This document shows, in pieces, positions 28,811 through 38,872 of a DNA stretch of 64,000 nt (the stretch's first letter is position 1; each line of letters opens with the position of its first letter). The notes beneath the pieces were generated by a model. That model was given only the letters and a program-made list of their open reading frames with translations, was not told the DNA's origin and did not search any database. The position numbers and the translations under genes are program-made. Location of the stretch: the sequence record MG655269.1; one strand, written 5' to 3'.

Positions 28811-31303
28811 ATGCTGATTAAATTTATTGAGCTATACAATTATCAGCGATTGAAGAACAAAGGCATCAATCGCATCACCATGACCTTCAGTGAAGTGGTG
28901 CAAGTTATTCTGGGTAAGAACGGCAGTGGTAAGTCATCGCTGATTCGCGAGCTCTCACCACTGCCACCTGCGAATGACGAGTATGATAAAGACGGGTACA
29001 AACATATCGTCATCGAACACAAAGGCGCGGAGTATGAGTTGTACTCCCAGCCTGGCTCACCATCACGTCACACCTTTAAGCGTAATGGCGAAGACCTGAA
29101 CGAAAGCATGACCATGAATGCGCAGAAGATCTTGGTGAAAGAACACTTTGGGTACACTGCCGAAATCCATGAAGTCTTGCTGGGGATGGTGAATGGGGTT
29201 TCCTTTACCTCCATGACCCCACAGAAACGCCGTGAGTGGTTCACCTTACTCCACCCAACTGACCTGTCGTATGTCATTGAATTGCATCAGGTGTTAAAGG
29301 TGATGTTGCGTGATGCCAAAGGCGGGATCAAAACCAGCAACCAGCACTTGACGGACCTGTATGGCCAGCGTCAGGAAGGGGTCACGGTTGAAGCACAGCA
29401 AAGTCAACTGGACGATATCCAACACCGACGTGATCGCATTGCACGGTTTATCTCGGATGAGTTAGCCGGGAAGAACTTCAAGCAAGAGCTCGATAACGAC
29501 ATGTACCGGTTGAAAGATATCGGTGAGCGTTTCCAAGCCAACCCGCCATTACTGTCACGCAACTACCGGTCACGGGAAGATATCTTAACCGAGCTGGAGA
29601 ACTGCCGGGCTGAACTGGGTAAGCTGGAGTATGCCCACAAGACCCACAGCAACGAACTGGCTGAGCTTTCAAAGAACGAGATCTTTACCAGCGGTAACGC
29701 TGAGAAAGACAAAGCAGAACTGGAAGCCTCTAAGCTTGCTATTGCTGAGCATCTTGAACAAAGCCGTGCGGCCCATGCGGATGCGATGAACCGTTTAGGG
29801 GATAACCCTTTATGGCAAAAAATGTACAGTATGCCGTTTGAGCAGGTACGGGTGGTGTTATCGCAGGTGGAGAACCTGATCGATCACCTGTTGCGTATGG
29901 TGCCGATGGATGAGCGCAAGAACACCTTGATGTTCTATGACCGTGCCCGTCGCAGTCAGTATGATCTGCAGGTGATGATTGAAGGGTTAGAGCAAGAAGA
30001 CAAGAAGTACAGTCATCAGCTCTCCCATTTTAATTCCGCCGATAAGACCGAGTGCCCGTCGTGTCACCATCGCTGGGTACCGGGGGTATCTGAGCGGCAG
30101 ATGGAAGAAGTCAAGCAGAAGCACAATGCGGTGAACGTGGAACTCACCACAGCCCGGGAGCGACTGGGTCGGTGTAATGCCTACCTTGAAGCCAATGAGA
30201 CCTGGTATCAGGCCGCCAGTGCGTATATCCGCTATACCGAAACCATACCAGAGTGTCGGGATGTGTTTGAGTGGATGCTGGCGAATGATGTCCTCTATAT
30301 GGCTAACCGGGAATTCGCGGCGATTCTACCGACCATCAAGCACGGGATCTTAAGTCGTGAAGCGTTGGCGAACGACGAGCAGCGTCTGGTGCAGATTGAC
30401 AATAAGCTGAAGCTCTTTACCAACGATGCCATTGAGTGGCATACCCGCCGTTACAACGAGCATGAGACGGCTTTAAGTCAGGTGATCAGTCAGACCCAAG
30501 CAATCAATCACACCATGGCGGTGCTAAAGAAAGATCTGCGTCTGGTTGATGACAGTCTGATGATGGCAGAAGTCGCACGGGTCTCAATGGAAGGGGTGCG
30601 GGTCAATACCGGTAACCTGGCTAAGCAGGCGATTGCCAATACGGCCAATGACGAATACCGGATGTTGGGAGATCAGCACAAATCCATCACTGCAGGGCTC
30701 TATAACGCACGCTCACTGGAGTCAACCATTCTCAGCACTGAATCCCATGTGCAGTCAATGAAAGCCTCTAAGGACGCGCTGGAGCTCTTGGTGAAGGCCA
30801 CCTCACCAACCGAAGGCATTCCGGCTGAACAGTTGTCTGAGTTCATTGAAACCTTTGTCGGTAACATGAACGCGATCATCTCCGATATTTGGGGTGACAA
30901 TCTGCAGATCAAACCGTGTAACATGGAAAACGGCGATCTCTCCTTTAAGTTCCCGTTAATCTCAGGTGACTTTGAAGGCGGAGCGAAAGATGTCTCTGAC
31001 TCCTCAACCGGGGAAGCACAGATCATCAACTACGTCTTCCGGTTAGTGGTGATGCAGTACCTCGGCTTTGAGCAATATCCGTTGGTCATGGATGAAGCGG
31101 GCGCGAACTTCGATGAAGCACACCGTCCGGCATTAATGAACTACATCAAACGCGCCTCAGAGTCTGGGGTCTATTCGCAGATCTTTTTGATCTCTCACTA
31201 TATCGCACAGCACGGTGTATTAACCCATGCAGAAGTCTGCGCTTTGTCGAACGACGGTGTTGCGCTGCCTGAGACATACAACGACCATGTTGTTATCGAG
31301 TAA
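28811..31303 (+). CDS. sbcC: SbcC/Rad50-like SMC ATPase
   Basis: Walker A GKNGSGKSS, coiled coils, CPSC zinc hook, SSTGE signature, LVMDE Walker B, LISH H-loop. Confidence 0.9.
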   Translation: MLIKFIELYNYQRLKNKGINRITMTFSEVVQVILGKNGSGKSSLIRELSPLPPANDEYDKDGYKHIVIEHKGAEYELYSQPGSPSRHTFKRNGEDLNESMTMNAQKILVKEHFGYTAEIHEVLLGMVNGVSFTSMTPQKRREWFTLLHPTDLSYVIELHQVLKVMLRDAKGGIKTSNQHLTDLYGQRQEGVTVEAQQSQLDDIQHRRDRIARFISDELAGKNFKQELDNDMYRLKDIGERFQANPPLLSRNYRSREDILTELENCRAELGKLEYAHKTHSNELAELSKNEIFTSGNAEKDKAELEASKLAIAEHLEQSRAAHADAMNRLGDNPLWQKMYSMPFEQVRVVLSQVENLIDHLLRMVPMDERKNTLMFYDRARRSQYDLQVMIEGLEQEDKKYSHQLSHFNSADKTECPSCHHRWVPGVSERQMEEVKQKHNAVNVELTTARERLGRCNAYLEANETWYQAASAYIRYTETIPECRDVFEWMLANDVLYMANREFAAILPTIKHGILSREALANDEQRLVQIDNKLKLFTNDAIEWHTRRYNEHETALSQVISQTQAINHTMAVLKKDLRLVDDSLMMAEVARVSMEGVRVNTGNLAKQAIANTANDEYRMLGDQHKSITAGLYNARSLESTILSTESHVQSMKASKDALELLVKATSPTEGIPAEQLSEFIETFVGNMNAIISDIWGDNLQIKPCNMENGDLSFKFPLISGDFEGGAKDVSDSSTGEAQIINYVFRLVVMQYLGFEQYPLVMDEAGANFDEAHRPALMNYIKRASESGVYSQIFLISHYIAQHGVLTHAEVCALSNDGVALPETYNDHVVIE

Positions 31304-31323
31304 CTAGGCTTAAGGAGTCTATT

Positions 31324-32724
31324 GTGTCGGCTATTCCTGCTAATCTGTATTACGGTCCTGAGGTTCCGGTCGACGCATTGCCTGGTGCAGTGTTTAACGA
31401 CGGTACATGTTTGTATCGCGGAGGTGAACACGGCTGGTTGTATATGTGTCATCTCCACACTGTTTTAAACACTCTCGATTCACCTTTGGCGATGTATGCT
31501 GCTGAACCGAACAACGGCACGATCGCTGAGCTTAATGAACCGTTTGCGGTTTACCATCAAGGTAACTGGCTGGAGTTGGACAAAGACGCCGTGCCGGACT
31601 TGAATGCGACCGTGGTCTTCAAAGATGAACATGTGGGTGCAATCGCCGCCGACAGCAATAGAACCTGTTTGGTGTTTATGGTCGGCGACATCGTAGCGCA
31701 GGTGGCTTTCAAGGTAACACTGTACCTTTGCCATAAAGGCGAAGTGGTGGGGCTTGGTGACTACGACTACGTTAGCGCCGATAATCTACCGCTGCTGCAG
31801 AGAATGATGTTCGGTAACCGGGGAGGGGGTATGGTTGAATACATGGAGCTAGACATCACATCACGGTTTATCGTGAACAAAGGACATTTACCGGAAGTGG
31901 GTGATACCTGGATCGATAACGAGTTCAACGAATACGTGTACAGCGCGACACGGCTGTGGGATCGTATTGGTAAGCTTGCCTTTGTGTATAAAGGTAGCCT
32001 GGCTTCCGGTATCGATGCCTTGCGTCACCCCGGCCCGCATAACACCGGCGACACGTACTTGGTTGACAATTTTGCGTATGTCTATAACAAAATCGTGAAC
32101 CGCTTTGTGGTGTTGCAAGTTGATCCGGGTAACGATAACACACCGTTTGATCTCTATCCTGATGGTGCACTCGAACCCATTCCAATGCAGGGGATCTACC
32201 GGCGCAGTACTGATGCCTTGCCTAGTGAACCCAATGGCTGTGGGTATGTCGTGATTGAGCAAGATGGCAGTCATGTCATCTACAATCAGTACGGATTGCG
32301 TATTGACTGCGATGTGGTGGAAACCACCGAGCGCACCGAGTCCCGCACACCGATGGTGGTGATCGGCGATAACGCGTTGCTGAGGCTTTATTACGAAGCC
32401 AACGACATGGACCCTTGTGAAGGGGACGTCTGGGTGAATGATAAACAGCTCATGACCTTCTTTGCTGGCGAGTGGACGTTATTGCCCGTGGGCCGCCTCT
32501 ACACTGAACGACACCAACCGCTGCGTGATAAAGTTCAGGCATTGCGTGAACTAATTGACAGTGGTCGGTTCAAAAGTGTGATCGATAAAGCCCGAGAGCA
32601 GGAGTTTGAACGCGAGCTGGCCGAATACGACGCTGTCCTCAAACAACCCCAGCTAGAACAAGAACCCAAAGACACTTCTTTCTTTGCACCGATCAAAGCC
32701 TTCTTTAAGCGCTTGATACAGTAA
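31324..32724 (+). CDS. Hypothetical protein with GD(T/V)(W/Y) repeats
   Basis: 466 aa, GTG start with AAGGAG RBS. Confidence 0.75.
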   Translation: MSAIPANLYYGPEVPVDALPGAVFNDGTCLYRGGEHGWLYMCHLHTVLNTLDSPLAMYAAEPNNGTIAELNEPFAVYHQGNWLELDKDAVPDLNATVVFKDEHVGAIAADSNRTCLVFMVGDIVAQVAFKVTLYLCHKGEVVGLGDYDYVSADNLPLLQRMMFGNRGGGMVEYMELDITSRFIVNKGHLPEVGDTWIDNEFNEYVYSATRLWDRIGKLAFVYKGSLASGIDALRHPGPHNTGDTYLVDNFAYVYNKIVNRFVVLQVDPGNDNTPFDLYPDGALEPIPMQGIYRRSTDALPSEPNGCGYVVIEQDGSHVIYNQYGLRIDCDVVETTERTESRTPMVVIGDNALLRLYYEANDMDPCEGDVWVNDKQLMTFFAGEWTLLPVGRLYTERHQPLRDKVQALRELIDSGRFKSVIDKAREQEFERELAEYDAVLKQPQLEQEPKDTSFFAPIKAFFKRLIQ

Positions 32725-32744
32725 AGATCGTAGATCATTTTATT

Positions 32745-32754
32745 CCTACATTAC
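32745..32754 (+). promoter_or_regulatory. Candidate early promoter core CCTACATTAC
   Basis: Identical 10-mer at 40045 and variant at 58583, all after AT-rich tracts upstream of accessory gene blocks; resembles the phiKZ early TATTAC core. Confidence 0.45.
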
Positions 32755-32781
32755 CAGATTGGTATAGTCATCGAGGTCATC

Positions 32782-33126
32782 ATGTTAGTGATACTACCCC
32801 TCGGTAATTTGGCCGCACGGATTGATCGTGCGCTCCAGGTTACTGATTACGTGTTCTCTGCTGAAGAGATTGCCGAAGCTGCGGTTCATTACATCAACGG
32901 AGATGTGGACTGTGCGCTGGATCAGCTCTTTCGCAAGATCAACGCTTTAGATGAGACCTTTGTTGACTTGCCGTATAACACCCCTTCTGACCAAGTACTG
33001 AAAAAAGTGATTGGTCAGGTAGGGCGTGAAATCAATACCAATCTATTTAACCTCTATCACGACGTCTGTATCCCGCACTTTGTAAGCGCAGGAGAACATC
33101 AAGTCGTGCTAACTGTCGATATGTAG
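32782..33126 (+). CDS. Hypothetical protein
   Basis: 114 aa, GAGGT RBS. Confidence 0.75.
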   Translation: MLVILPLGNLAARIDRALQVTDYVFSAEEIAEAAVHYINGDVDCALDQLFRKINALDETFVDLPYNTPSDQVLKKVIGQVGREINTNLFNLYHDVCIPHFVSAGEHQVVLTVDM

Positions 33127-33135
33127 GAGTTACCC

Positions 33136-33624
33136 ATGAGCAGTATTCATCGCGTCTTTTCCACGGACTTACAAACTATCAAAGACACTCCGACGCCGGA
33201 GCTCGAAGATAGTGTTACGGTCGCCCGGAGAATTGCCATGCAGCAACAGCATCAAACGAGTTTCCTGATACTTTTCAAAGAGCGTGCGCGTCAATGCACC
33301 GATGGCTTTGACAAGTGGCGGATGGATAAAACCAACAACCCTCTGTTTGAACAGACGGCACGCCAGCGTTTAGCGGGCATTGCCATCAACATCTACCAGG
33401 AAGTCACCGGTGAGGTGGTCAGCAGCGACACCAGGCACCAGTTGATTAAATGGGCCGAAGACAACAAAGTGATCATCATCAACCATGTGGTCGGCATGCA
33501 GCTGTGGCACCGTATGGTGAACAACACCCCGGCTGAAACCCAGCTGCAGGTGTTCAGTGGTGGTCGGCAAGCCCTGATGTTCTCTTTCAAAATCCCCGGG
33601 GCGAAGCATCCTTATCTTATATAA
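33136..33624 (+). CDS. Hypothetical protein
   Basis: 162 aa, AGGAG RBS. Confidence 0.75.
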   Translation: MSSIHRVFSTDLQTIKDTPTPELEDSVTVARRIAMQQQHQTSFLILFKERARQCTDGFDKWRMDKTNNPLFEQTARQRLAGIAINIYQEVTGEVVSSDTRHQLIKWAEDNKVIIINHVVGMQLWHRMVNNTPAETQLQVFSGGRQALMFSFKIPGAKHPYLI

Positions 33625-33630
33625 GGTGTC

Positions 33631-33963
33631 GTGATGAAGCTGCAATATCATGCTATCATCCCTATCCCCTCTATGCCGGCTATTTGTCAACAGTACGGTA
33701 TTTCGCGTGAAGGGCTCGTGCGAATGGTATTGGAATACCTGGAGGGGAATGAGTATCAGATGATGAGACGCATCCAAGAACTGCCTGCTGTGACTGACCC
33801 TGACATGACTGAAGCGGTTGTAGCCGCCGTTTCACGTGCCATGTTGGAGTTCCTGGATTCGTTACCTGAGGTTAGTACAGGCCAACATATTCGGGATATC
33901 TATTTGATAGCAGCCCATTCATTAACCGCCCATGTCGGATTCGCTGTGTGCGATGACGAGTAG
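33631..33963 (+). CDS. Hypothetical protein
   Basis: 110 aa, AAGGT RBS. Confidence 0.75.
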   Translation: MMKLQYHAIIPIPSMPAICQQYGISREGLVRMVLEYLEGNEYQMMRRIQELPAVTDPDMTEAVVAAVSRAMLEFLDSLPEVSTGQHIRDIYLIAAHSLTAHVGFAVCDDE

Positions 33964-33969
33964 ATTCCC

Positions 33970-34380
33970 ATGACCCTTTATAAAGAACATGTGGTGTTGT
34001 GTATTGTCCAATCTGATGCAGCCACCGAAGCCTGGGCCGAGCTATCGCAGCTAGTTTTCGATAACCCGACTTTGATGTTTGATCAGGAAGACTTTACCCG
34101 CCTCCTTAATTTAGCGTTGGCCGATGACCGGGATGAGATGATCAAATACATCCGCACCGCACTCACGATCGACCTAAATATTGAGCTCATTAATTGGCTC
34201 ACAGACAGCATGCTTGACATCGCCTATGCTCTTCGCAAATCGTTACCGGTGTTAACACCCACACAACCCGGAGTTGTGGCCAAGTGTGAGTACCTGTCCC
34301 ATTGCAGGCGCAACGTCGTACTAAAAGCTACCATCCTCGAACCTTTACCTAAGGAGCATTTGACAGTTATTCACTTCTGA
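33970..34380 (+). CDS. Hypothetical protein
   Basis: 136 aa, tightly packed in the operon. Confidence 0.7.
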   Translation: MTLYKEHVVLCIVQSDAATEAWAELSQLVFDNPTLMFDQEDFTRLLNLALADDRDEMIKYIRTALTIDLNIELINWLTDSMLDIAYALRKSLPVLTPTQPGVVAKCEYLSHCRRNVVLKATILEPLPKEHLTVIHF

Positions 34381-34454
34381 CTTTGGGAGAAGTGACCAAG
34401 GCCGTGGGGGTATAAGCCTCCACTTAAAGAACCACGACTTCGGTAAAAACCAAA

Positions 34455-35222
34455 ATGAAAACGATCAACGCGATCCTTCACACCCTCGTGCTGTTTGCAC
34501 TTGTCTTCGTTGCACAATCCTCACTGGTCCACGCCTCGACATCAACTGGAAAAGCTGCCGTCCAGTTTAATCAAGCAGGGTGGGATAAATACAAATCCAC
34601 ATTAACCCGAGCCTCGTTAGCATCCGGTGTACCGGTCACTGAGCTCGTGATCTTTACCTCTATTGAGTCTGACTTCGAAGCCAAGGCCCGCAACACAGCC
34701 GGGAGCAATGCAGGCGGACTGACCCAATTCATTCCAAGTACTTGGCGATCGATGGTGCGAACCCACCACAAAAAGTACGGGTTAAGTAAAAACGTGTCTC
34801 GTTTTAATGCCTATGCCAACGCGGCTATGACCGCAGAGTATATTAAGCAGAACAGGAGCCTTCTACAACAGGCACTAAAACGGGAGATCACCACTACCGA
34901 TGTCTATATGGCTCACTTCCTTGGTCCGGGTACTGCAATTCAAGTCCTGAAGGCCAAAGGCAACCGCTCGATCACATCTGTTGTAAAGGCGACAAAAGGA
35001 AATGCCCGCTTGTTTTACAACAAAGGTCGACCATTAACGGTTGCACAGTTTAAAGCCAATATGGCCCGCAAAGTGGCTAACCACCGCCAGGTCTATAAAC
35101 CCGTTGCCGTAAAGTACGCTGTACGCTACGAGGAAAACCAACGCCTCGATGCACTTATCGCCAAAGTCAATGATAAGCCAGTACGCGTCGGGTTTAGTAC
35201 CGCATACGTCAGGGAAATGTAA
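34455..35222 (+). CDS. Lytic transglycosylase (phiKZ gp144 catalytic-domain-like) with N-terminal signal peptide
   Basis: FTSIESDF (catalytic Glu), GGLTQFIPSTW, YMAHFLGPG; N-terminus MKT + hydrophobic core + VHA cleavage-like site. Confidence 0.85.
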   Translation: MKTINAILHTLVLFALVFVAQSSLVHASTSTGKAAVQFNQAGWDKYKSTLTRASLASGVPVTELVIFTSIESDFEAKARNTAGSNAGGLTQFIPSTWRSMVRTHHKKYGLSKNVSRFNAYANAAMTAEYIKQNRSLLQQALKREITTTDVYMAHFLGPGTAIQVLKAKGNRSITSVVKATKGNARLFYNKGRPLTVAQFKANMARKVANHRQVYKPVAVKYAVRYEENQRLDALIAKVNDKPVRVGFSTAYVREM

Positions 35223-35253
35223 AAGTTAACATACCTGCACGATAATATACATT

Positions 35254-35285
35254 GGGAGGGGCGCAGGTCTCTCCCTTTTATGCCG
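35254..35285 (+). terminator. Hairpin + TTTTATGCCG element
   Basis: GGGAGGGGC-GCAG-GTCTCTCCC then TTTTATGCCG. Confidence 0.75.
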
Positions 35286-35317
35286 TTTGAATTTATTAAC
35301 CCCCAAGGAGGTTGTGT

Positions 35318-35731
35318 ATGCCTGCGTTATTGCGTGCCGCCAATACCAGTTGTAACACCATTGGCCATGAGTATCACTCCCCGTTAAACGAACAGGTCAT
35401 CATGATCAGCGATAACCAAATGAAAATGTTAATAGCCATGCCTGCGAGCAAACTGAATCTATTAACACGTAATCCGGTCTACGCTGACAATGGCATCGAA
35501 TCTGTGTTCGTGCATCCCCGGTTCATTGAGCTGGCTGGCCTGATCCAGTTAAGTGCCTATGCCAAAGACCCCGCCTGGCAGCAGCATGACCTCAGTAACA
35601 TGTTGGTCTACGTTGGGATGGTTGGGCGTAGCAATGTTCGTCTGGTTGAAGTAAATGCCCACCTGGCCAGTTGTGGCATGCTCACGTTACGCCGCAGTGC
35701 CCTTGAGTTTGCCAAGCCCGTTATGTCTTAA
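35318..35731 (+). CDS. Hypothetical protein
   Basis: AAGGAGG RBS, ATG 35318. Confidence 0.7.
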   Translation: MPALLRAANTSCNTIGHEYHSPLNEQVIMISDNQMKMLIAMPASKLNLLTRNPVYADNGIESVFVHPRFIELAGLIQLSAYAKDPAWQQHDLSNMLVYVGMVGRSNVRLVEVNAHLASCGMLTLRRSALEFAKPVMS

Positions 35732-35776
35732 TGGACAAACACTTACTATTATCTGTTAATTAATCTGGAGTGCCTT

Positions 35777-36223
35777 ATGATTCAACCTATTAACGTTCCC
35801 GGGATGGTGATCAACCCCGAAATCTCCCGTGAAGTGATCTTAATGACCAGTGAACAACTGGACCGTTTCTCGATTGCTGCCTTCGACATGCTGGCGCTGG
35901 GCAATACCGTATTCAGTGGTGAGTTCGGTAGTTATGTTACGCCGTCACGTGACGAGTTCATGCAGGCTTACCTGCGTCCATTACAAGCCCCTGACTCGGT
36001 ACGGCGCTACAATGAGATCGATCAAACCCAAGTCGCCTGTCTGGTCGATTCAATTACCCGTAACGAAAAAGGCGATCTGATTGGGCGGGTGATCCCACAT
36101 GGTCCGAATGGCCCGAAACTTGAAAAGCTGTTTAAAGAAAAGAAACAGAAGTTCAAAGTCTTTCCACGACTCAAGTGGGAAAATGGCTGGAAGTTCGTGG
36201 CGTTTGATGTGGGGTATAAGTAA
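35777..36223 (+). CDS. Hypothetical protein
   Basis: 148 aa, GGAG RBS. Confidence 0.75.
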   Translation: MIQPINVPGMVINPEISREVILMTSEQLDRFSIAAFDMLALGNTVFSGEFGSYVTPSRDEFMQAYLRPLQAPDSVRRYNEIDQTQVACLVDSITRNEKGDLIGRVIPHGPNGPKLEKLFKEKKQKFKVFPRLKWENGWKFVAFDVGYK

Positions 36224-36544
36224 ATGGTACGCGCCGATACAACCATCGCAACAAAAGGAAAGGTTGTACGCTTGAGTGTCACCGGCTACGGGGTGATGAG
36301 TATGGATGGGGTTATGGTGGATGACCCTAAGCAGCGCGTGAACATGCGCACTGCGCACCCCAGCCAAAGTTGTTACCCACTACCGGGTGAAAAGAAATGG
36401 TACGAAGTTAAACGGGTAGAACAGACAGCCAATGGTTGGTGTTATCCGGTGGTCGGGTTATTTAAGTATCCCGGTGATGCCACAAACTTTATTCAATCCC
36501 TTATTCAGAAATACAAACTCGATCAGGAAAAACCTCATGAGTGA
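36224..36544 (+). CDS. Hypothetical protein
   Basis: 106 aa, abuts both neighbours (translational coupling). Confidence 0.65.
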   Translation: MVRADTTIATKGKVVRLSVTGYGVMSMDGVMVDDPKQRVNMRTAHPSQSCYPLPGEKKWYEVKRVEQTANGWCYPVVGLFKYPGDATNFIQSLIQKYKLDQEKPHE

Positions 36545-37016
36545 AATTACCGTAAAAGTTGTTGGTCCAATTCAAGCGGGTAAAACCGCAATCGCCTCTT
36601 TATTGGACAATGCCCTGCGTGCGAATGGCATCACAGCAAAGATCCAGTCTGACTCGGCGTTGTCTTATCTGCGTGAGGCTAAGAACCACGTTCCAACCAA
36701 TGTCAGCGTCACGATCATTGACGGCACCACTGACGGTGTACGTGAATTTGGCAACAGTGATGATGTCATTCCAATCCGCGGTCGCATCATGGGTATCGAA
36801 GTCCAACCGGTCAAATACACTCCCGCTGAAGCGACAGTGGTTGCACTGGCCGATGCTAATGCCTTTGCAGTGTATCGCCGTGAATGGCTGAACAATGCTT
36901 CGATGGCCGTCTGGGTGGGTGACTTCCACGTTGAGAGCGATGCCATTGACTGCGCCAACACCTTGGCTGAGAAATACGGCACCATCGCTGACTTCCTTTA
37001 TAAGGCAGGTTTGTAA
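36537..37016 (+). CDS. Hypothetical protein with an N-terminal P-loop-like motif (GPIQAGKT)
   Basis: Start refined (AGGA RBS, ATGA overlap); N-terminus resembles 46231. Confidence 0.7.
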   Translation: MSEITVKVVGPIQAGKTAIASLLDNALRANGITAKIQSDSALSYLREAKNHVPTNVSVTIIDGTTDGVREFGNSDDVIPIRGRIMGIEVQPVKYTPAEATVVALADANAFAVYRREWLNNASMAVWVGDFHVESDAIDCANTLAEKYGTIADFLYKAGL

Positions 37017-37018
37017 CC

Positions 37019-37288
37019 ATGCATCAGTTTACTCCTGAGATGAAAGAAACGTTAAACGAACTCGAGCGTGAGTTAGCCCACATTCGTTTAACGCAACCGA
37101 ACCGGATTAACACACTGATCAAAACCAAGTGTTTTAGCCTGGCCCGGAAAACAAAGTCACCGCACGTCAAACGGGTTCTGCAGTCAATTACCGCTACCTC
37201 GTTGTCGGTTGTAAAGTTAGAAGAAGTTCTGAAGCTTTACCATGAAGTGGATAGTGGTGAAGTGGAACTCTCTATCCAGCAGGTTTGA
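37019..37288 (+). CDS. Hypothetical protein
   Basis: 89 aa, coupled to neighbours. Confidence 0.7.
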   Translation: MHQFTPEMKETLNELERELAHIRLTQPNRINTLIKTKCFSLARKTKSPHVKRVLQSITATSLSVVKLEEVLKLYHEVDSGEVELSIQQV

Positions 37289-37761
37289 GGGGGGTAGAGT
37301 GGCGTTGGCTTTCGATTCTTAACGAGTCGGACTTCAACGCAATGACCTTCCTCGCGGTGAAACAATACCACGCTCAGTCTATCTATTGGAAACGACTGGG
37401 TGTGGATTGGAACACCCCTAAGCCTGAGACTGTCCACAAGTTTATGGCGACCTATGTAAAGAATGCCCCGATCAAACTGATGATCCGTAACGCGGATGCG
37501 GTAATGATTGGGTTTGCACTACTCAGTACCGAACGCACGGATAAAGGACTTGTCTGTCACATCGACGAGGTGTTTATCGACGAACCCTATCGTAATAAGG
37601 GCATTGGTAAGAAAACGCTTATTAGGATTAAACGGCACGCCGAAAAACAGAAGATCGCTGCATTGACCTTGAACGTCAGTGCTGCCAATCCCGTTCGCGC
37701 ACTTTATGAACGTATGGGGTTTGAACCAGTGCAGGTGAAATACCAGATGCGGCTGGGCTGA
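37285..37761 (+). CDS. GNAT-family acetyltransferase
   Basis: IDEVFIDEPYRNKGIGK (motif A) and LNVSAANPVRALYERMGF (motif B). Start codon uncertain. Confidence 0.85.
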   Translation: MRGVEWRWLSILNESDFNAMTFLAVKQYHAQSIYWKRLGVDWNTPKPETVHKFMATYVKNAPIKLMIRNADAVMIGFALLSTERTDKGLVCHIDEVFIDEPYRNKGIGKKTLIRIKRHAEKQKIAALTLNVSAANPVRALYERMGFEPVQVKYQMRLG

Positions 37762-37779
37762 CCTAGTGAGGAGTTTGTC

Positions 37780-38334
37780 GTGTCTATCTATCGCATTGAA
37801 ATCCACCCGAACGCCACCAGTGGTCTTACGGTACTTGTCAGCACGGCTGAAGGTATACGGCGGCTGGCATTAGTGGAAGGGTGTTCGGAACAGGGAGCGT
37901 TTGTAGTTATACGGGATAAGGTTATACGGTTCTATCATTGGGATGTACGACGGGAAGAAGACCGGGCGTTGTTCAATGCAGACGGTTTGGCACGGAACAC
38001 ACTGGTTGGGATCGAAGCCTTGTTGTGTAAGAACAAAGATTGGGGGTTTGGTGGGACGCGCTTCCTGGCGTTTATGACAGGGTGCTTAAAACACCGCTGG
38101 AACGAGTACAGCAACACGCGGGGGTTTATCCGAGCAGAACATCATCATTTGGTGCACACTCGCGTAGATCGCCGTGAGGAGCGTGTATTCGTGACATTAG
38201 GGGACTGGGCGCAACACGCACCGTGGAACTTGCGCCTGGACCGTAAAACCCCCTATTCAACGAAATTCAGAGAGGTGGTTGAACGCCTCGTCCGTCAGGA
38301 GTTCGACTTACCGGCGGTCTTTGACATTAATTAA
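37780..38334 (+). CDS. Hypothetical protein
   Basis: 184 aa, GTG start with GAGGAG RBS. Confidence 0.75.
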   Translation: MSIYRIEIHPNATSGLTVLVSTAEGIRRLALVEGCSEQGAFVVIRDKVIRFYHWDVRREEDRALFNADGLARNTLVGIEALLCKNKDWGFGGTRFLAFMTGCLKHRWNEYSNTRGFIRAEHHHLVHTRVDRREERVFVTLGDWAQHAPWNLRLDRKTPYSTKFREVVERLVRQEFDLPAVFDIN

Positions 38335-38348
38335 CCTAAGGTGCTTTC

Positions 38349-38846
38349 ATGGACATTCAACAGTACCAACCCTCTGCCCAGATCCTGCATCTCGCTAATC
38401 TGTTCTGCGACTACTTCAACCAATCGCCGAATTATTATAACTTGGATTTGGGTAACCGGATCTTTGTCGAGACCAGCATCTATCCCATTACTGGGGTCGT
38501 TGATATAACACCACAGCGGATCGAACGTCTGCAAGCGTCACACATGACAGGTCAGCTGGCCACCGTGGTCGATGAGCTGTTAAAACTATTTCCTAACATG
38601 CGCTATGTATCAGATGAGTGTGATGGGTTGTTGTCGTTACTGTGTAACGGACGGGCAATTGAGATGACAACGGCTAAGGGCCTCTGTCGGGGCATTGTCA
38701 CCTTACGGGGCGTGGTCTGGTTAGATCGCTTTGATCACGACTACCTCAATCCTGATGCTGCGCATTATGAAGAGATGGCCAGGTTGATCAATATCCATCT
38801 GGGGATGATTAAATTCCAAGGCACCATCCTAAAAAGATTTCTTTAA
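38349..38846 (+). CDS. Hypothetical protein
   Basis: 165 aa, AAGGT RBS after TAATTAACCTA. Confidence 0.75.
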   Translation: MDIQQYQPSAQILHLANLFCDYFNQSPNYYNLDLGNRIFVETSIYPITGVVDITPQRIERLQASHMTGQLATVVDELLKLFPNMRYVSDECDGLLSLLCNGRAIEMTTAKGLCRGIVTLRGVVWLDRFDHDYLNPDAAHYEEMARLINIHLGMIKFQGTILKRFL

Positions 38847-38872
38847 CACAAGTATACGTAGCGAGGTCATGA

